A stretch of 64,000 bases of DNA, from IMG/VR virus record IMGVR_UViG_2898710591_000002, positions 7,401 through 71,400 of that record; one strand, 5' to 3'. Of the stretch, positions 34,744-45,400 are shown piece by piece. The translations under genes and the position numbers were made by a program. Positions within the stretch are counted from its first letter, which is position 1. The number at the start of each line of letters is the position of its first letter. This DNA is from a virus (Duplodnaviria; Caudoviricetes). The notes beneath the pieces were generated by a model. The model made no database searches. It was not told the DNA's origin and saw nothing but the letters and a program-made list of their open reading frames with translations.

Positions 34744-36627
34744 ATGCACATACGTATCAATGATTTTGCTGGCACGCTGCCGAAGTTACACCCAACGAAG
34801 CTACCAGATTATGCCGCTCAGTCGTGCCAAAACGTCATGGTTGAGCATGGCGTTTTAACCCCTAGTAATCAAGCTAGTAACAGTTATGCGTCTAACATTG
34901 TTGGTGCTGAAAACTTTGTTAGCGCCATGTTTTTTGACCATGACGGTAAAACCTATAAGAAGTTTAGTAATGAGCTTGCAAAGTTTGCCTTCTCACCAGT
35001 CCATGACGCTTACCGTCTTTATTGGACGACGGAGGATAAGAAAGCGCCACTGATGTTTAACGATTGGGATGTGGGCGGTGCAAGCGACGAGTACGAGCTT
35101 GTGACTGATAATTTTGACTACATTGCAGGCTTGCCAGCGCCCGAAGTTAAAGACACCGTTATAACAGGCATTACACCGCCAGTTGTTGAACAAGAACCCG
35201 TCGAAGGTGAAGAGCCTGCTGAGCCTATCACTTATGCGTCAATCACAGACGCTATCAAAGATATGTTCAAAAAGGCAATGGACGGTCAAAACTCGTCAGG
35301 CGTTGATAAGAAAGAGGGTGAGATTAGCGATGCAGTGGCAGAGATAATCGCTAACATGCCCGATGATGTGGAAGCGCGTGTCTATGCTTTGACGTATGTT
35401 AATCGCTTTGGTGACGAGTCAGCGCCAGGCGTGATTGAAGAGGTCTTATATCTAACCAAAGGCGATGAGCCTATTCTCACCATTCCTTATGCAGAAGGCA
35501 CGCGCACCAAACTGACAAGAGACTATGGGATAAATGCCATTAGGCTTTATCGGTCAGTCACTAACTCTATTGGTGTCGCACAATTCTTATTTGTCAAAGA
35601 ATATCTGCTGACCATGACAGGAGATAGTGTCACCCTTATCGATGATATGCCGTATGGGTCCACTCAGATAGGCGAGCCGTTGGTAACAATGAATTATGAT
35701 CAGCCAAGAGTTGGCATGAAAGGATTGGGTGTTACCAACAGTGGGGTGGGTTACGGTTATGTCGATAAAACAATCTGTTTATCAGAACCATACACCTTGT
35801 ACGCATGGCCACGGTTTTATGAACTAATTTCGCAGCATACCATTATGGGCTTGGGTCACTACGATAATACGATTGTGGTCGCCACTACAGGTAATCCAAT
35901 ACTGATTAGTGGTAGTGATCCTGAGTCGATGAGCGTTCTTAGTTTACCGCTATATGAAGGCTGTGTATCTCCGCGCAGCATGGTCAATCTCAATCATGGC
36001 TGTATGTACGCAAGCGAAAATGGCCTTGTTCTTGTCACTACCAACAGCGCAAAGCTACTCACAGAAAGCGTATTTTCTACGCGCGACTGGCAGGATATTA
36101 AACCGTCAAGTATTCACGCGACTGCTTATAAGAATGGTTACTTATTCTTTTGGGATAACGGTGGCGATAAAGGTAGCGGTTATATTGATCTTAATGACGG
36201 AAGCAAAGGTGTCTTGTGGTTCGATGAGTATGCGCTAAATACCTTTTTAGATGGCAACTTGGTGCAGATGATCAATAAAGACACCGCAGCAATGGGCGGC
36301 ATTATTTCTAAGCACACCTCATTCAACCCGGAGTACGGTGAACCCTTTACTAGCAAAACCTTCAAATGGCGCTCAAAGACTTTTAATGTGGACACGCCTA
36401 GACGTATGCTTGCCGCGCAGGTGGTCGCTGACAACTATCCGGCAGATGCAATAACATTTAGGGTTTACGCTGATCAGGTTTTATTGCATGAATCTAAAGT
36501 TAAGAGCAACAAGCCATTTAGGGTTAAAAATCATAGCGTTAAGCGCGATTTTTCTATTGAGATTGAATCAAGTGTGGCTATTCGTGAAGTGGTGCTGGCT
36601 GAAACCATGCGCGATACTATTTTATAG
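34744..36627 (+). CDS. Tail tubular/nozzle (stabilisation) protein
   Basis: YVNRFGDESAP, LSEPY..YAWP, CVSPRS...YASENGLV and WRSKTF beta-propeller-type patterns. Confidence 0.7.
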   Translation: MHIRINDFAGTLPKLHPTKLPDYAAQSCQNVMVEHGVLTPSNQASNSYASNIVGAENFVSAMFFDHDGKTYKKFSNELAKFAFSPVHDAYRLYWTTEDKKAPLMFNDWDVGGASDEYELVTDNFDYIAGLPAPEVKDTVITGITPPVVEQEPVEGEEPAEPITYASITDAIKDMFKKAMDGQNSSGVDKKEGEISDAVAEIIANMPDDVEARVYALTYVNRFGDESAPGVIEEVLYLTKGDEPILTIPYAEGTRTKLTRDYGINAIRLYRSVTNSIGVAQFLFVKEYLLTMTGDSVTLIDDMPYGSTQIGEPLVTMNYDQPRVGMKGLGVTNSGVGYGYVDKTICLSEPYTLYAWPRFYELISQHTIMGLGHYDNTIVVATTGNPILISGSDPESMSVLSLPLYEGCVSPRSMVNLNHGCMYASENGLVLVTTNSAKLLTESVFSTRDWQDIKPSSIHATAYKNGYLFFWDNGGDKGSGYIDLNDGSKGVLWFDEYALNTFLDGNLVQMINKDTAAMGGIISKHTSFNPEYGEPFTSKTFKWRSKTFNVDTPRRMLAAQVVADNYPADAITFRVYADQVLLHESKVKSNKPFRVKNHSVKRDFSIEIESSVAIREVVLAETMRDTIL

Positions 36628-36635
36628 GTGAAGCA

Positions 36636-39440
36636 ATGAGTAGTAAAAAAATATCACTGCCAAGTGTTCCTAAAAATGCAGATCGTGACACGACGGTATT
36701 TCTACAGTCGCTTAAAAAGGCAGTAGAAAAAATGTCAGCCGATGAGTTGGTCGGTATCAACAAAGCGGTGCAAAGCTATGTACTGAGATCAAGTAAAAAG
36801 ATTCGTGCAGACTTGGTTGGCGTGATTGGTGATGAGACGGGTGTGGGGCCTATACTTGATAAAATCAGAGGTCATATTACCGAGTCAGAGCTAAGTAAGG
36901 AGTTGGGCACACGTATTGAAAAGATAACCTCAAACGAAAACGCTATCAGTGAGGAGCGCTTGCAGCGCGTGGCTGACGTTCTTGCAGCTAATGAAGCAAT
37001 AACCCAAGAGCGTCAAGATCGCGAGCAGTCGATTACAGATAGCTCGAATCTATTACAGCAAAACATTGAAGCTGAGGCGCTTGAGCGATTTAACGTGGAT
37101 GAAGGTTTGCACCAAGACCTAGTGCAAGAGATACAAACGCGCTCAGATGAGACGGGTCAGTTGATTAGCGACTTTAATGGAATCTATGCACAAGTCAATC
37201 CTGATATGGCGGGCGATACCGACAAATGGGCGGGCGATGATAGTTACTTTGCAGGAGTTTGGAGCGAGCGCAGCGCCATCATTGAAAAAGACATGGCGAT
37301 GTCTAAGCGAACCGATGGCTTGTTGTCTAGTATCAATGACAATAAGGCATCAATAACACAGGTAAATAAAACGCTTGTTACTAAAAACGAGGTAGTGGCC
37401 TCGCAGATTAATCGCTTAGCCGCGCAGATGGTCGGCGGTTATGATGGAGACGACTTGTCGCAAGTAACATCGGGGCTTATTCATCAAGAACGCACCGCAC
37501 GAGCCACGGCGGTTGAGGGGCTGGCTGAGCAGGTGAGCCTTCTATCGGCTGGCGTGGGTGAGCAGTTTGATAGCTTTGAGATTTGGCATTTTAATAAAGA
37601 CAAAGATGGCTGGGTAAACGGCGTCTATGCCAATGGCTGGATCAATGTACGCACTGAAACCATTAATAGTCCAGTAGTAGATATTGATGGCGGCATGTAT
37701 CGACACGTCAAGCTGCGCATTCAAAAGATAGGTACGCCTACGTGGGATGCGGTACTCACTTACACTGGCGGCAGTCTTAGCGCGCCTGAGCCTGAGTACA
37801 CCCCAGAAGGTTTTGCAATCGTTAATTTTTATATGGAGTGGACGGGCACTATCACAGGGTTTAGCATCAAGCTTGCCAGCAGCGCTGACAACCTAAACTA
37901 TTTTAAGATTGACTGGATAGCGGTGGGTAGGCCGTCACCAGGGGCAAGCCATGCCGCACTACTGCGTGAGGAAAAAGCGCGAGCTGATAAAGACAGGGCG
38001 CTTGCGCAGTCAATAACCTCATTAGACAGTCAGATAAATGGCGATGGGGTCAGTTCATCATCGTCCATCGTGCAGAAGCTCAACACGACTGCCGGTAAAG
38101 CGGACACCACAGCAGAGGATTTATCAAACCTAACATCGACCTTTAATAACGAGGTGATGGGCGCTCAAGGTATTGTGGCGCGCAATGCAGAGACAGCCGC
38201 CAGTGCCAGCGCCGCTAACGCCAGTGATATCAGTGGTGTATTCGCGCAGGTCAACCCGCGTATGGCGGGTGATACCGATTGGCTGGCAGGTGACGACTCA
38301 CCAGAGAGCCTAGTAGGGGTTTGGAGTGAGCGCAGTGCGCGCATGGAGTCAGACCTTGCTACTAGCCAAAAGTTTGACGCAGTACAGGCAGAACTCAACG
38401 ACAACAAAGCAGCCATATCGAAAGAGTCTAAAACACGAGTCGATGAAATAAAGGCGTTAGCTGAGCAGACGGAAACGATTCGTTCTGATTTTGAAAATAA
38501 TGCTGGCGTAATGCAGACACAGATCGAGGCGAATGCCACAGCCCACAGCGCCCTAGCCAAGCGCACCGACACCATTCAATCAAGCGTTGGCAAAAATACA
38601 GCCTCGGTTAAGACAGCGCAAAGCGCTATAGATGGCATTAACGCTAAGTGGTCGATTAAGACTGATGTGAATGGCGTCGTTGGTGGACTAGCGATTGAGA
38701 ATGACGGGCGCACAGTTGATTTTATTGTTAGAGCAGGTAGTTTTGCGATACAGGGTCAGAGTGGTAGTAAGAGCGTGCCTTTCGTGTCTTACCCTGATGG
38801 CACTATCATTGATGGTGAGGTTATTCCAGCAGGGAACTACCTAGATGATACCTATATTCGTCGTGCGTCTATCGACACGCTAGACATAAAAGGCAATGCA
38901 GTAACGGTTCCCGTGTCAGCGTTTACAGAGGGCAGTATAGCAGTAGGTACGTCGTATAAGACAATCCAGAGTCTAGCAGTGCCTTCTGATATGGGGCACA
39001 CCATGTTGAGCTTTAGCGCTATCTTTAACTTTCCAGGCTATGCTCGCGTGCAAAGCATCTTATGTAGGATTGTGAAGGGTGGCGTCGTCATTGCTGATAA
39101 TATAGAGGTGTTTTTCAGTGAAGCGAGGTCTGAGACGAGAACCAGTACCTCCTACGATCCAGCCGGACATAATCATAGTGCATCATTCTCAGGTGGCACT
39201 TATGGCCCTAATGGTTATCAATCTGTAAGTGGTAATGTCACGGTGAATCACGCCAGCACAGGACCTCACAGCCACCGAGTGGACATCGCCAATGATAATC
39301 GTAACGCTGGCACATTCTCTTTGTCTAGGCACGACAGTACAGGTGTTGCAGGTATTTACGAACTACAGATGCGCGTATCAAATGGTGGTACAGCAAACCT
39401 ATCACAACGATATATCCATGCCATGACCATGCGGAGGTAA
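36636..39440 (+). CDS. Tail fibre/host-specificity protein (DUF1983-like segment)
   Basis: Coiled-coil shaft; AKWSIKTDVNGVVGGLAIENDG...FIVRAGSFAI...PFV pattern; internal duplication. Confidence 0.7.
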   Translation: MSSKKISLPSVPKNADRDTTVFLQSLKKAVEKMSADELVGINKAVQSYVLRSSKKIRADLVGVIGDETGVGPILDKIRGHITESELSKELGTRIEKITSNENAISEERLQRVADVLAANEAITQERQDREQSITDSSNLLQQNIEAEALERFNVDEGLHQDLVQEIQTRSDETGQLISDFNGIYAQVNPDMAGDTDKWAGDDSYFAGVWSERSAIIEKDMAMSKRTDGLLSSINDNKASITQVNKTLVTKNEVVASQINRLAAQMVGGYDGDDLSQVTSGLIHQERTARATAVEGLAEQVSLLSAGVGEQFDSFEIWHFNKDKDGWVNGVYANGWINVRTETINSPVVDIDGGMYRHVKLRIQKIGTPTWDAVLTYTGGSLSAPEPEYTPEGFAIVNFYMEWTGTITGFSIKLASSADNLNYFKIDWIAVGRPSPGASHAALLREEKARADKDRALAQSITSLDSQINGDGVSSSSSIVQKLNTTAGKADTTAEDLSNLTSTFNNEVMGAQGIVARNAETAASASAANASDISGVFAQVNPRMAGDTDWLAGDDSPESLVGVWSERSARMESDLATSQKFDAVQAELNDNKAAISKESKTRVDEIKALAEQTETIRSDFENNAGVMQTQIEANATAHSALAKRTDTIQSSVGKNTASVKTAQSAIDGINAKWSIKTDVNGVVGGLAIENDGRTVDFIVRAGSFAIQGQSGSKSVPFVSYPDGTIIDGEVIPAGNYLDDTYIRRASIDTLDIKGNAVTVPVSAFTEGSIAVGTSYKTIQSLAVPSDMGHTMLSFSAIFNFPGYARVQSILCRIVKGGVVIADNIEVFFSEARSETRTSTSYDPAGHNHSASFSGGTYGPNGYQSVSGNVTVNHASTGPHSHRVDIANDNRNAGTFSLSRHDSTGVAGIYELQMRVSNGGTANLSQRYIHAMTMRR

Positions 39441-39443
39441 GTA

Positions 39444-39626
39444 ATGGCGCACTATGCGGTTTATAAAACAGACACAGGTGAGATAGTAAAGACAGTAGAA
39501 GGGCCGTCTTGGTTTATTGAAGAGATGCCGCTAGGTGATGATGAATCGATTATTCCAATTGATAGGCAAGCCAACGATGCGAGCGAGTACGTTAAAAACG
39601 GAATGCTTGTTGATAAAGAAGTATGA
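39444..39626 (+). CDS. Small tail-fibre-associated protein
   Basis: GGAGG RBS; YAVY..DTGEI pattern directly after the fibre gene. Confidence 0.6.
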   Translation: MAHYAVYKTDTGEIVKTVEGPSWFIEEMPLGDDESIIPIDRQANDASEYVKNGMLVDKEV

Positions 39627-39801
39627 TTGCTACATTAATTTGTTATACTAATTGCATAATAAAAGCAAAACACTTGTAGCATTTAGGCAGTCTTTGCCAC
39701 CTCACAACAAACAGATACCTAGTCATCAATAGATGGTTGGGTTTTTGTCGTGTCTAAAATTTATCAACATTAAATACATAGTAAATATAAGCGAGGGTGT
39801 T

Positions 39802-40533
39802 ATGGGTTTTTTAAGCGGATTGTTGGGCGCGGCAACTGGTTTTTTAACAGGCGGCCCAGCAGGTGCGGTTATTGGTGGTGTCAGTGGCATCATGAGTGAT
39901 AACGAGAAAGATAAGGCGCAGAAGTCTGCCGACAAAGCTAATGCTGCATCGATAGCGCTACAACAACAGCAACTTGCCAGCGCCAAAAAAAGGGAGGAGG
40001 ACTACGACGAGTTTTATAAGCCGATTGAAGATAATTACCTAGCCGCCGTCAGGAAGGGTGTAACACCAGACTATGAGCAGGTAACGCAGGACGCTATCGG
40101 TGATGTGGAGACGCAGTTTGCCAATTCGGGCGCTGCAAGTCTAAGGAGTATGCAGCGACTAGGGATTAACCCCAATAGTGGGCGCGCTGATGCTATCGGG
40201 CGCGACTTATCTTTATCCAAAGCGCTTGCTAAGGTAGGTACTATCAACAACGCACGTCGTCAGGAGTCTAACCGAGCAGAAGATTTAACCTTTGCACGCC
40301 AGCAGGACGCCTTAACACTAGGGGTAAATAAACTCAACAACGCGCAAGCCGCCTCATCAAGTGCCGCAACCGCACTATCACAAACCTACGCAGATCGCGC
40401 CAAGCAAGCAAGATATGACGGCGCATCTGCCGTTAATCAATGGGCCGATCTTGGCTCAACTGTCTATCAGGCGTGGGATCAGTATAAAAACAAGCCAGCA
40501 AAAACGACCGTCGGCACAGGCGTGTGGATGTAA
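39802..40533 (+). CDS. Putative ejection (internal virion) protein
   Basis: Gly-rich hydrophobic N-terminus with Ala/Gln-rich helices; first of three ejection-type genes. Confidence 0.6.
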   Translation: MGFLSGLLGAATGFLTGGPAGAVIGGVSGIMSDNEKDKAQKSADKANAASIALQQQQLASAKKREEDYDEFYKPIEDNYLAAVRKGVTPDYEQVTQDAIGDVETQFANSGAASLRSMQRLGINPNSGRADAIGRDLSLSKALAKVGTINNARRQESNRAEDLTFARQQDALTLGVNKLNNAQAASSSAATALSQTYADRAKQARYDGASAVNQWADLGSTVYQAWDQYKNKPAKTTVGTGVWM

Positions 40534-40545
40534 TAGGGGATTGAT

Positions 40546-42459
40546 ATGAGTAGCTTAACCGGAATTGCGCAGTTTACCAACCGCTTTGCTCAAAACATCA
40601 TGGGCTATAACCAGGACAAAAAAGACGAGGCTGAGCGTGTAGCGGACAAGCAGTACAACCGCAACCGCCAACAGCAGCAAGACTTACGCGCGCAGCAAAA
40701 CCATGACGTCAACCTTGAAGGCAAAAAGATAACGCTGAATCAAAACAAGATTAAGAACGATGAGTTTAACGACTCAGTAACCTTTGAAGAAACGCGCAAT
40801 AAGCTTGCTTACCTAGACGGCATCGGCGCTGACGAGCAGCAAAAAGTTGATGTGTTAGCCAAAGCGGTTAATAGTAACAACAAGCTACCGTACAAGATTG
40901 AGTTTGAGCGCGACGCAACCACGGGCAAAATCATTCAGCGACAAGGGCCAGACGGCAAGCCGTTCTATTTTCAAACCATCATCGACAAAGAGACTGGTCA
41001 AGAGCTTGGGCGCAAGGGCACAACATTTGAAGAAGCAACCAGTAACTATAACAAGTTGCAAAACGCTGGCGCGATTGAAGATGAAATCAGAGCGGCAGCA
41101 GCGGCGCGCGCGGCTAAGGCTCAAGAGATAGAAGATAAGCTAACCCTAAAAAGAGGCGAAGCGGCTATTGATGACGCTAAAGACGCAAGCAAGCAACGGC
41201 GCGAACATATCTACAAAGTTGATGAGATGGGCGTCAAGCATGGCTATACCATTGACGAGCTAGGCGTGAAACACGGGTTCTTGATTGACGAGTTAGGCGT
41301 GAGACACGCGAACGCCGTGGACCTTGCGAACGTCAACGCGCAAAACAACATAGGCATTAGAACGGCGCAGTCTGATCTTGATGCAGGCGGCACCCCTATT
41401 GTTGGTGGGGCGGCATGGGGTAGTTTTGATGCTCTTATCGGCCCTGAGAGTAATGGCCGGCAGCTTAACTCAAAAGGCCAGCCGCTAACGTCATCGGCTG
41501 GCGCGATTGGTATTGCACAAGTTATGCCTGAAACCGCTAAGTATGTGGCAAGAAAACACGGAATTGCTTGGGACGCCAATAAGTACAAGACAGACCCTAG
41601 CTATAATTACAATCTAGGCAAGCTTTACTATCAAGAGCAATTAGATAAGTATGGGCACCCAGCGCTTGCTTACGCTGCTTATAATGCAGGCCCAGGTGCG
41701 GTTGATAAGTGGATTAAGAAAAACCCAGCTATGAGAAACCCTGACGCAATGGGTATGCAGAACTTTATCAACGCCATTCCTTTTAGTGAAACCAAGAACT
41801 ACGTCGCTAAAATCCACAGACAGTCAAATGGCGTTCAAGTGCAGCGCTCAGTGCCAGCCGTTCCAAAGCTACCAAAAGGCAGTAGCAAGCAGGGCAATTC
41901 TGGCAAAGGCATCGTGACCGCGCAAGACTACAACGTCAGTATCGATAAAGGCGTCAATACCGCAATCAAAGACGCCAAGCAACTAGGCATCAAGTCGGAC
42001 GCTGCAACAACAGCGGCCTTTGCGCGTGCTGGCACGAAACTAAAAGAAATGGGCCGAGCGCAAAACGAACAAGAGTTTTTGGACTTGTATGGCGATGCGT
42101 TTGACCTAGTTATCAGTGCAGTGCCAGAGCGCACCCGAAACAAAATGAGCAAGGCGGATAAGAACGCGCTAGGGCATAAGGTACTTTTATCAATGGTAGG
42201 GGCGTCGTCTTTGGGCAACCTTAAACAGATTGTTTATAAAATAAACCCTAATGCCAGAGGTGGTGGCAATACCGTGACCGCTGGCGGGTTAACCTTGCCG
42301 GGCCAGCAGCCTACTCCGTTAAAACAAACCGCCCAAACGCCGCAGACTAGCAAGCTAAAAGCGCTGTATGCACGCGGCTTGCCAGCGCCGCAGACTGATC
42401 CGGCAGCCGCAGAAAGCTTTGATTATATGAACAATTTAAACGATAACATGGACTGGTAG
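40546..42459 (+). CDS. Ejection protein with lytic transglycosylase (SLT) domain
   Basis: PESNG...SSAGAIGIAQVMPETA...AAYNAGPG...ETKNYV. Confidence 0.82.
   Translation: MSSLTGIAQFTNRFAQNIMGYNQDKKDEAERVADKQYNRNRQQQQDLRAQQNHDVNLEGKKITLNQNKIKNDEFNDSVTFEETRNKLAYLDGIGADEQQKVDVLAKAVNSNNKLPYKIEFERDATTGKIIQRQGPDGKPFYFQTIIDKETGQELGRKGTTFEEATSNYNKLQNAGAIEDEIRAAAAARAAKAQEIEDKLTLKRGEAAIDDAKDASKQRREHIYKVDEMGVKHGYTIDELGVKHGFLIDELGVRHANAVDLANVNAQNNIGIRTAQSDLDAGGTPIVGGAAWGSFDALIGPESNGRQLNSKGQPLTSSAGAIGIAQVMPETAKYVARKHGIAWDANKYKTDPSYNYNLGKLYYQEQLDKYGHPALAYAAYNAGPGAVDKWIKKNPAMRNPDAMGMQNFINAIPFSETKNYVAKIHRQSNGVQVQRSVPAVPKLPKGSSKQGNSGKGIVTAQDYNVSIDKGVNTAIKDAKQLGIKSDAATTAAFARAGTKLKEMGRAQNEQEFLDLYGDAFDLVISAVPERTRNKMSKADKNALGHKVLLSMVGASSLGNLKQIVYKINPNARGGGNTVTAGGLTLPGQQPTPLKQTAQTPQTSKLKALYARGLPAPQTDPAAAESFDYMNNLNDNMDW
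41221..41310 (+). repeat. Three 33-bp (11-aa) coding tandem repeats
   Basis: DEMGVKHGYTI-DELGVKHGFLI-DELGVRHA. Confidence 0.75.
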
Positions 42460-42466
42460 AAACAAC

Positions 42467-45400
42467 ATGAGCTTAAACGATAGATTATTTAGTATTGCTA
42501 GTTCAGCCGTTGAAAAGCAGCGCAAGACTCGCGATAGCCGCAGTGCAGTATCAAAAGGTTTTGATGTGGCCACTAATAAAAGCTACGTCAATGAAGATAA
42601 AAAGGCGGCAGCCAAAGCCTTGCGCGAGTGGGAAAATAAAACTTGGAAGCCTAAAGTTGAGGCCAGGCTCAAGCAAGAGCTAAGAGCGCGTGCACCTCAC
42701 TTAAAGCCGGGCAGCCCAAAATACAATCAGACTTATGAAAGCCTATTTAATAAAAACTATCAAGACTTGCAGGCCGCCAAAGCGCAAGTACAACAAAAAA
42801 TTGGTACGCTACGCAAGCCTAATCAAACGCAGCGCGAGCTTGATAACGAGTACCGCACCAATGAGTCTATCCGTAATGATACGGTAGGTACTCAGGCAGC
42901 CGCACACGCAGCCCGTGACACAGTATCAGCCGTGGGCGGTGCACTTGCTACTGGTTCATCACGTTTGTTACGCGCACCATTACAGCTTGCCGCTGACGTG
43001 GGCGAGAATGACGACGGTGGTATCTTTGACCGTGGCGCAAAAGCGCTAGAAAGCTATGAAGATGATATATCTAATAACGTCTATCAGGCGTATGGCGATA
43101 TTCAGCAGAACGGCAACTTCTCACAAAAGCTTGCTGTATCAGCCGTTGAGCAGGTGCCGTCACTTGCCGCCAGTTTTGGGGCAGCCGGTGCAGCCGCTAA
43201 AAGTGTTCAGGCGGCAGGTGCAGGTGCCAAAGCAACGGCAGCCGCTTCTTATGGTGTGGCTGGTGCGTCCATGTACCCACAAGCTTATCTTGATGGTAGT
43301 GATAGCACCAAAGACGAGCTGGAAAATGCAACGTCAGAGCAGCTTGCCAACGCTGAACGCTCGCAAGATATCTACAAAGGTATGTTTGACAAAAACGTCA
43401 AAGCTGGCATGAGTGAGGATGAGGCGCACGCGAAAGCGCGTGATCAGACAATCAGCGAGATTGCCGAAGAGTCAGGCGAAAACGTCGGCCTTGCAACATT
43501 GGCGCTTAGCATGATGGCGCCAGGCGTCGGCTCATTCACTGCCAACCGAGCCGCAGGCGGTGCGGTGAGCCAGTGGGGTCAAAAGGTGTTCAACAAGCTT
43601 GCGGCGCGCGCTGATGCAAGCAAGGCTGGCAAGTATGCAATACCAGCAGCCGTTGGTGTGGGTATTGCTGGTCTTAACGTCGCTGAAGAAGGCGCGCAAG
43701 AAGGTTACACCGATTATGTGGCTCAAAAAGCAGCCGTTGATGTGGGCGTAAAAGACAAGATTGACACCGCACAGAACACAGAAGCGGTCCTAATGGGTGG
43801 TATTTTAGGCGGTCTGATGGGCGGTGCCACCTATGCCGGTACACGCAATTCAAAGTTTAAGCAGGCACAAGATGAGCTCAAATCCGCGCAGCAAACCTAT
43901 GCGGAGGTTGCAGGACAAATACCGCAGCTACAAGAGCAGATTCAAACAGTATCACCAAGATCAGAAGAAGGGCAAGCATTAACGGCGCGTGTGGAAGAAG
44001 CTCGCAGCACCCTTGATGCTATGGCAGCCGAGGCAGAAAAAGTAGGCATTCCTCGCACGTCGCTAGCACGTCGCGCACCACGCATTGACCCAACCAACAG
44101 TTTTGATAGCGATTTTGATGGTCAAGTCGAGGGCGCGACGGAGTTAAGCGAACAAGAATTTGAGAATGCGTTAAACCCAGACGGCACGCCAGCCGCGCCA
44201 GTACAACCAGTCGTTGATAGTCAACCTAGCGAACAAGAGCTTGACGCGCAAGATGCGCAGATCGCTGAGCTTATCGCAGAGCAAGCAGCACTTGATGAAG
44301 CGATTGAAGATGGTAGTAACGACAAGCCAGTTGAAGAGTCACTAGCAGCAGCGCAAGCGTGGTATGACAACAAGCGCGGTGAGAACAAACAGGGTTTATC
44401 AGGAGTTGTGAGCCGAGCAGCCGCCAAGGTGGAAGATGCAGCGTTCGCAGAGCAGCAACAAGCGATTGCAGGTACAGGCGCAACGATTAACGATTACATA
44501 GCCGCACAGCGCGCACAGCAGGCGCAGATTGATGCCGAAATTGAGCAGGCAGCAGAAGCCGCTAAAACAGAGCGTGAACGTAAAGCCATCGAGCAAGCAA
44601 AGCAACAGCGTGAGATTGAGCGTGCAGAAGCAGAAGCCGCGATTACCAAGCGTGCAGAGCTTGCACAGCCTTATGAGGGTGAGTCGTTTGATACTACCGT
44701 TGTCGGTGCTGATGGCACACCTTTTAACTTAGCGCGTTTTTGGGATAGCACCATGCCGGCCGCAGCCAAGGCGAAAGCAATCGCGGATGCGTTTGGCGGG
44801 CAGGTTGAGCAGAACGTCGCTAAGGCTGATTGGCAGTCTATGCCAGAGGGCGTGCAAAAAGAGTTGCACCAGTGGATGACTGGACAGCTTGATGCGGTAC
44901 GTCAAAGACGTGCAGGTGGCGATACTCAAGCGCAGCCTATCAGTGAGCCGCCATTAGCGCCACAATCACAGCAATCAGTAGCACCTACTGCTAGTGGTTT
45001 AACCATGCCAGTGCGTGCCGAACAAACACCAGCGGCACCAGTAGAAGCAGAGCCACAAGCAGAGACTGTCACGCCAGTAGCACCAGTAGAGACAGATACA
45101 GCCACACAGCTTACCGATGAAAACCCTACTATCAATATTCCGGTGCCGACGCAATCTAAGACTGTAGCACCTAAAGACCGTGAAGGCTTGGCAGAATATT
45201 TTGCCAAGAAGCTAGATGCTCAGGGCCGCATTTATTCACAGGAAGAAACCGAAAACGCCATACGTGAGGAAATGAATGTAGAGTTTGACTTTAATAATCC
45301 AGTCGCTTATGACGCAATGGAGTCAAGTGAAGCCTATAGTCAGTTTGCTAAAGAGGTTTTAGGCAAGCGCAAGGTTGATATAACAGGCAGAAAGTCAAAA

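Noticed and set aside
36636-39626. Diversity-generating retroelement or invertible tail-fibre shufflon
   Set aside because: No reverse transcriptase, invertase, or adenine-specific TR/VR pair was seen.
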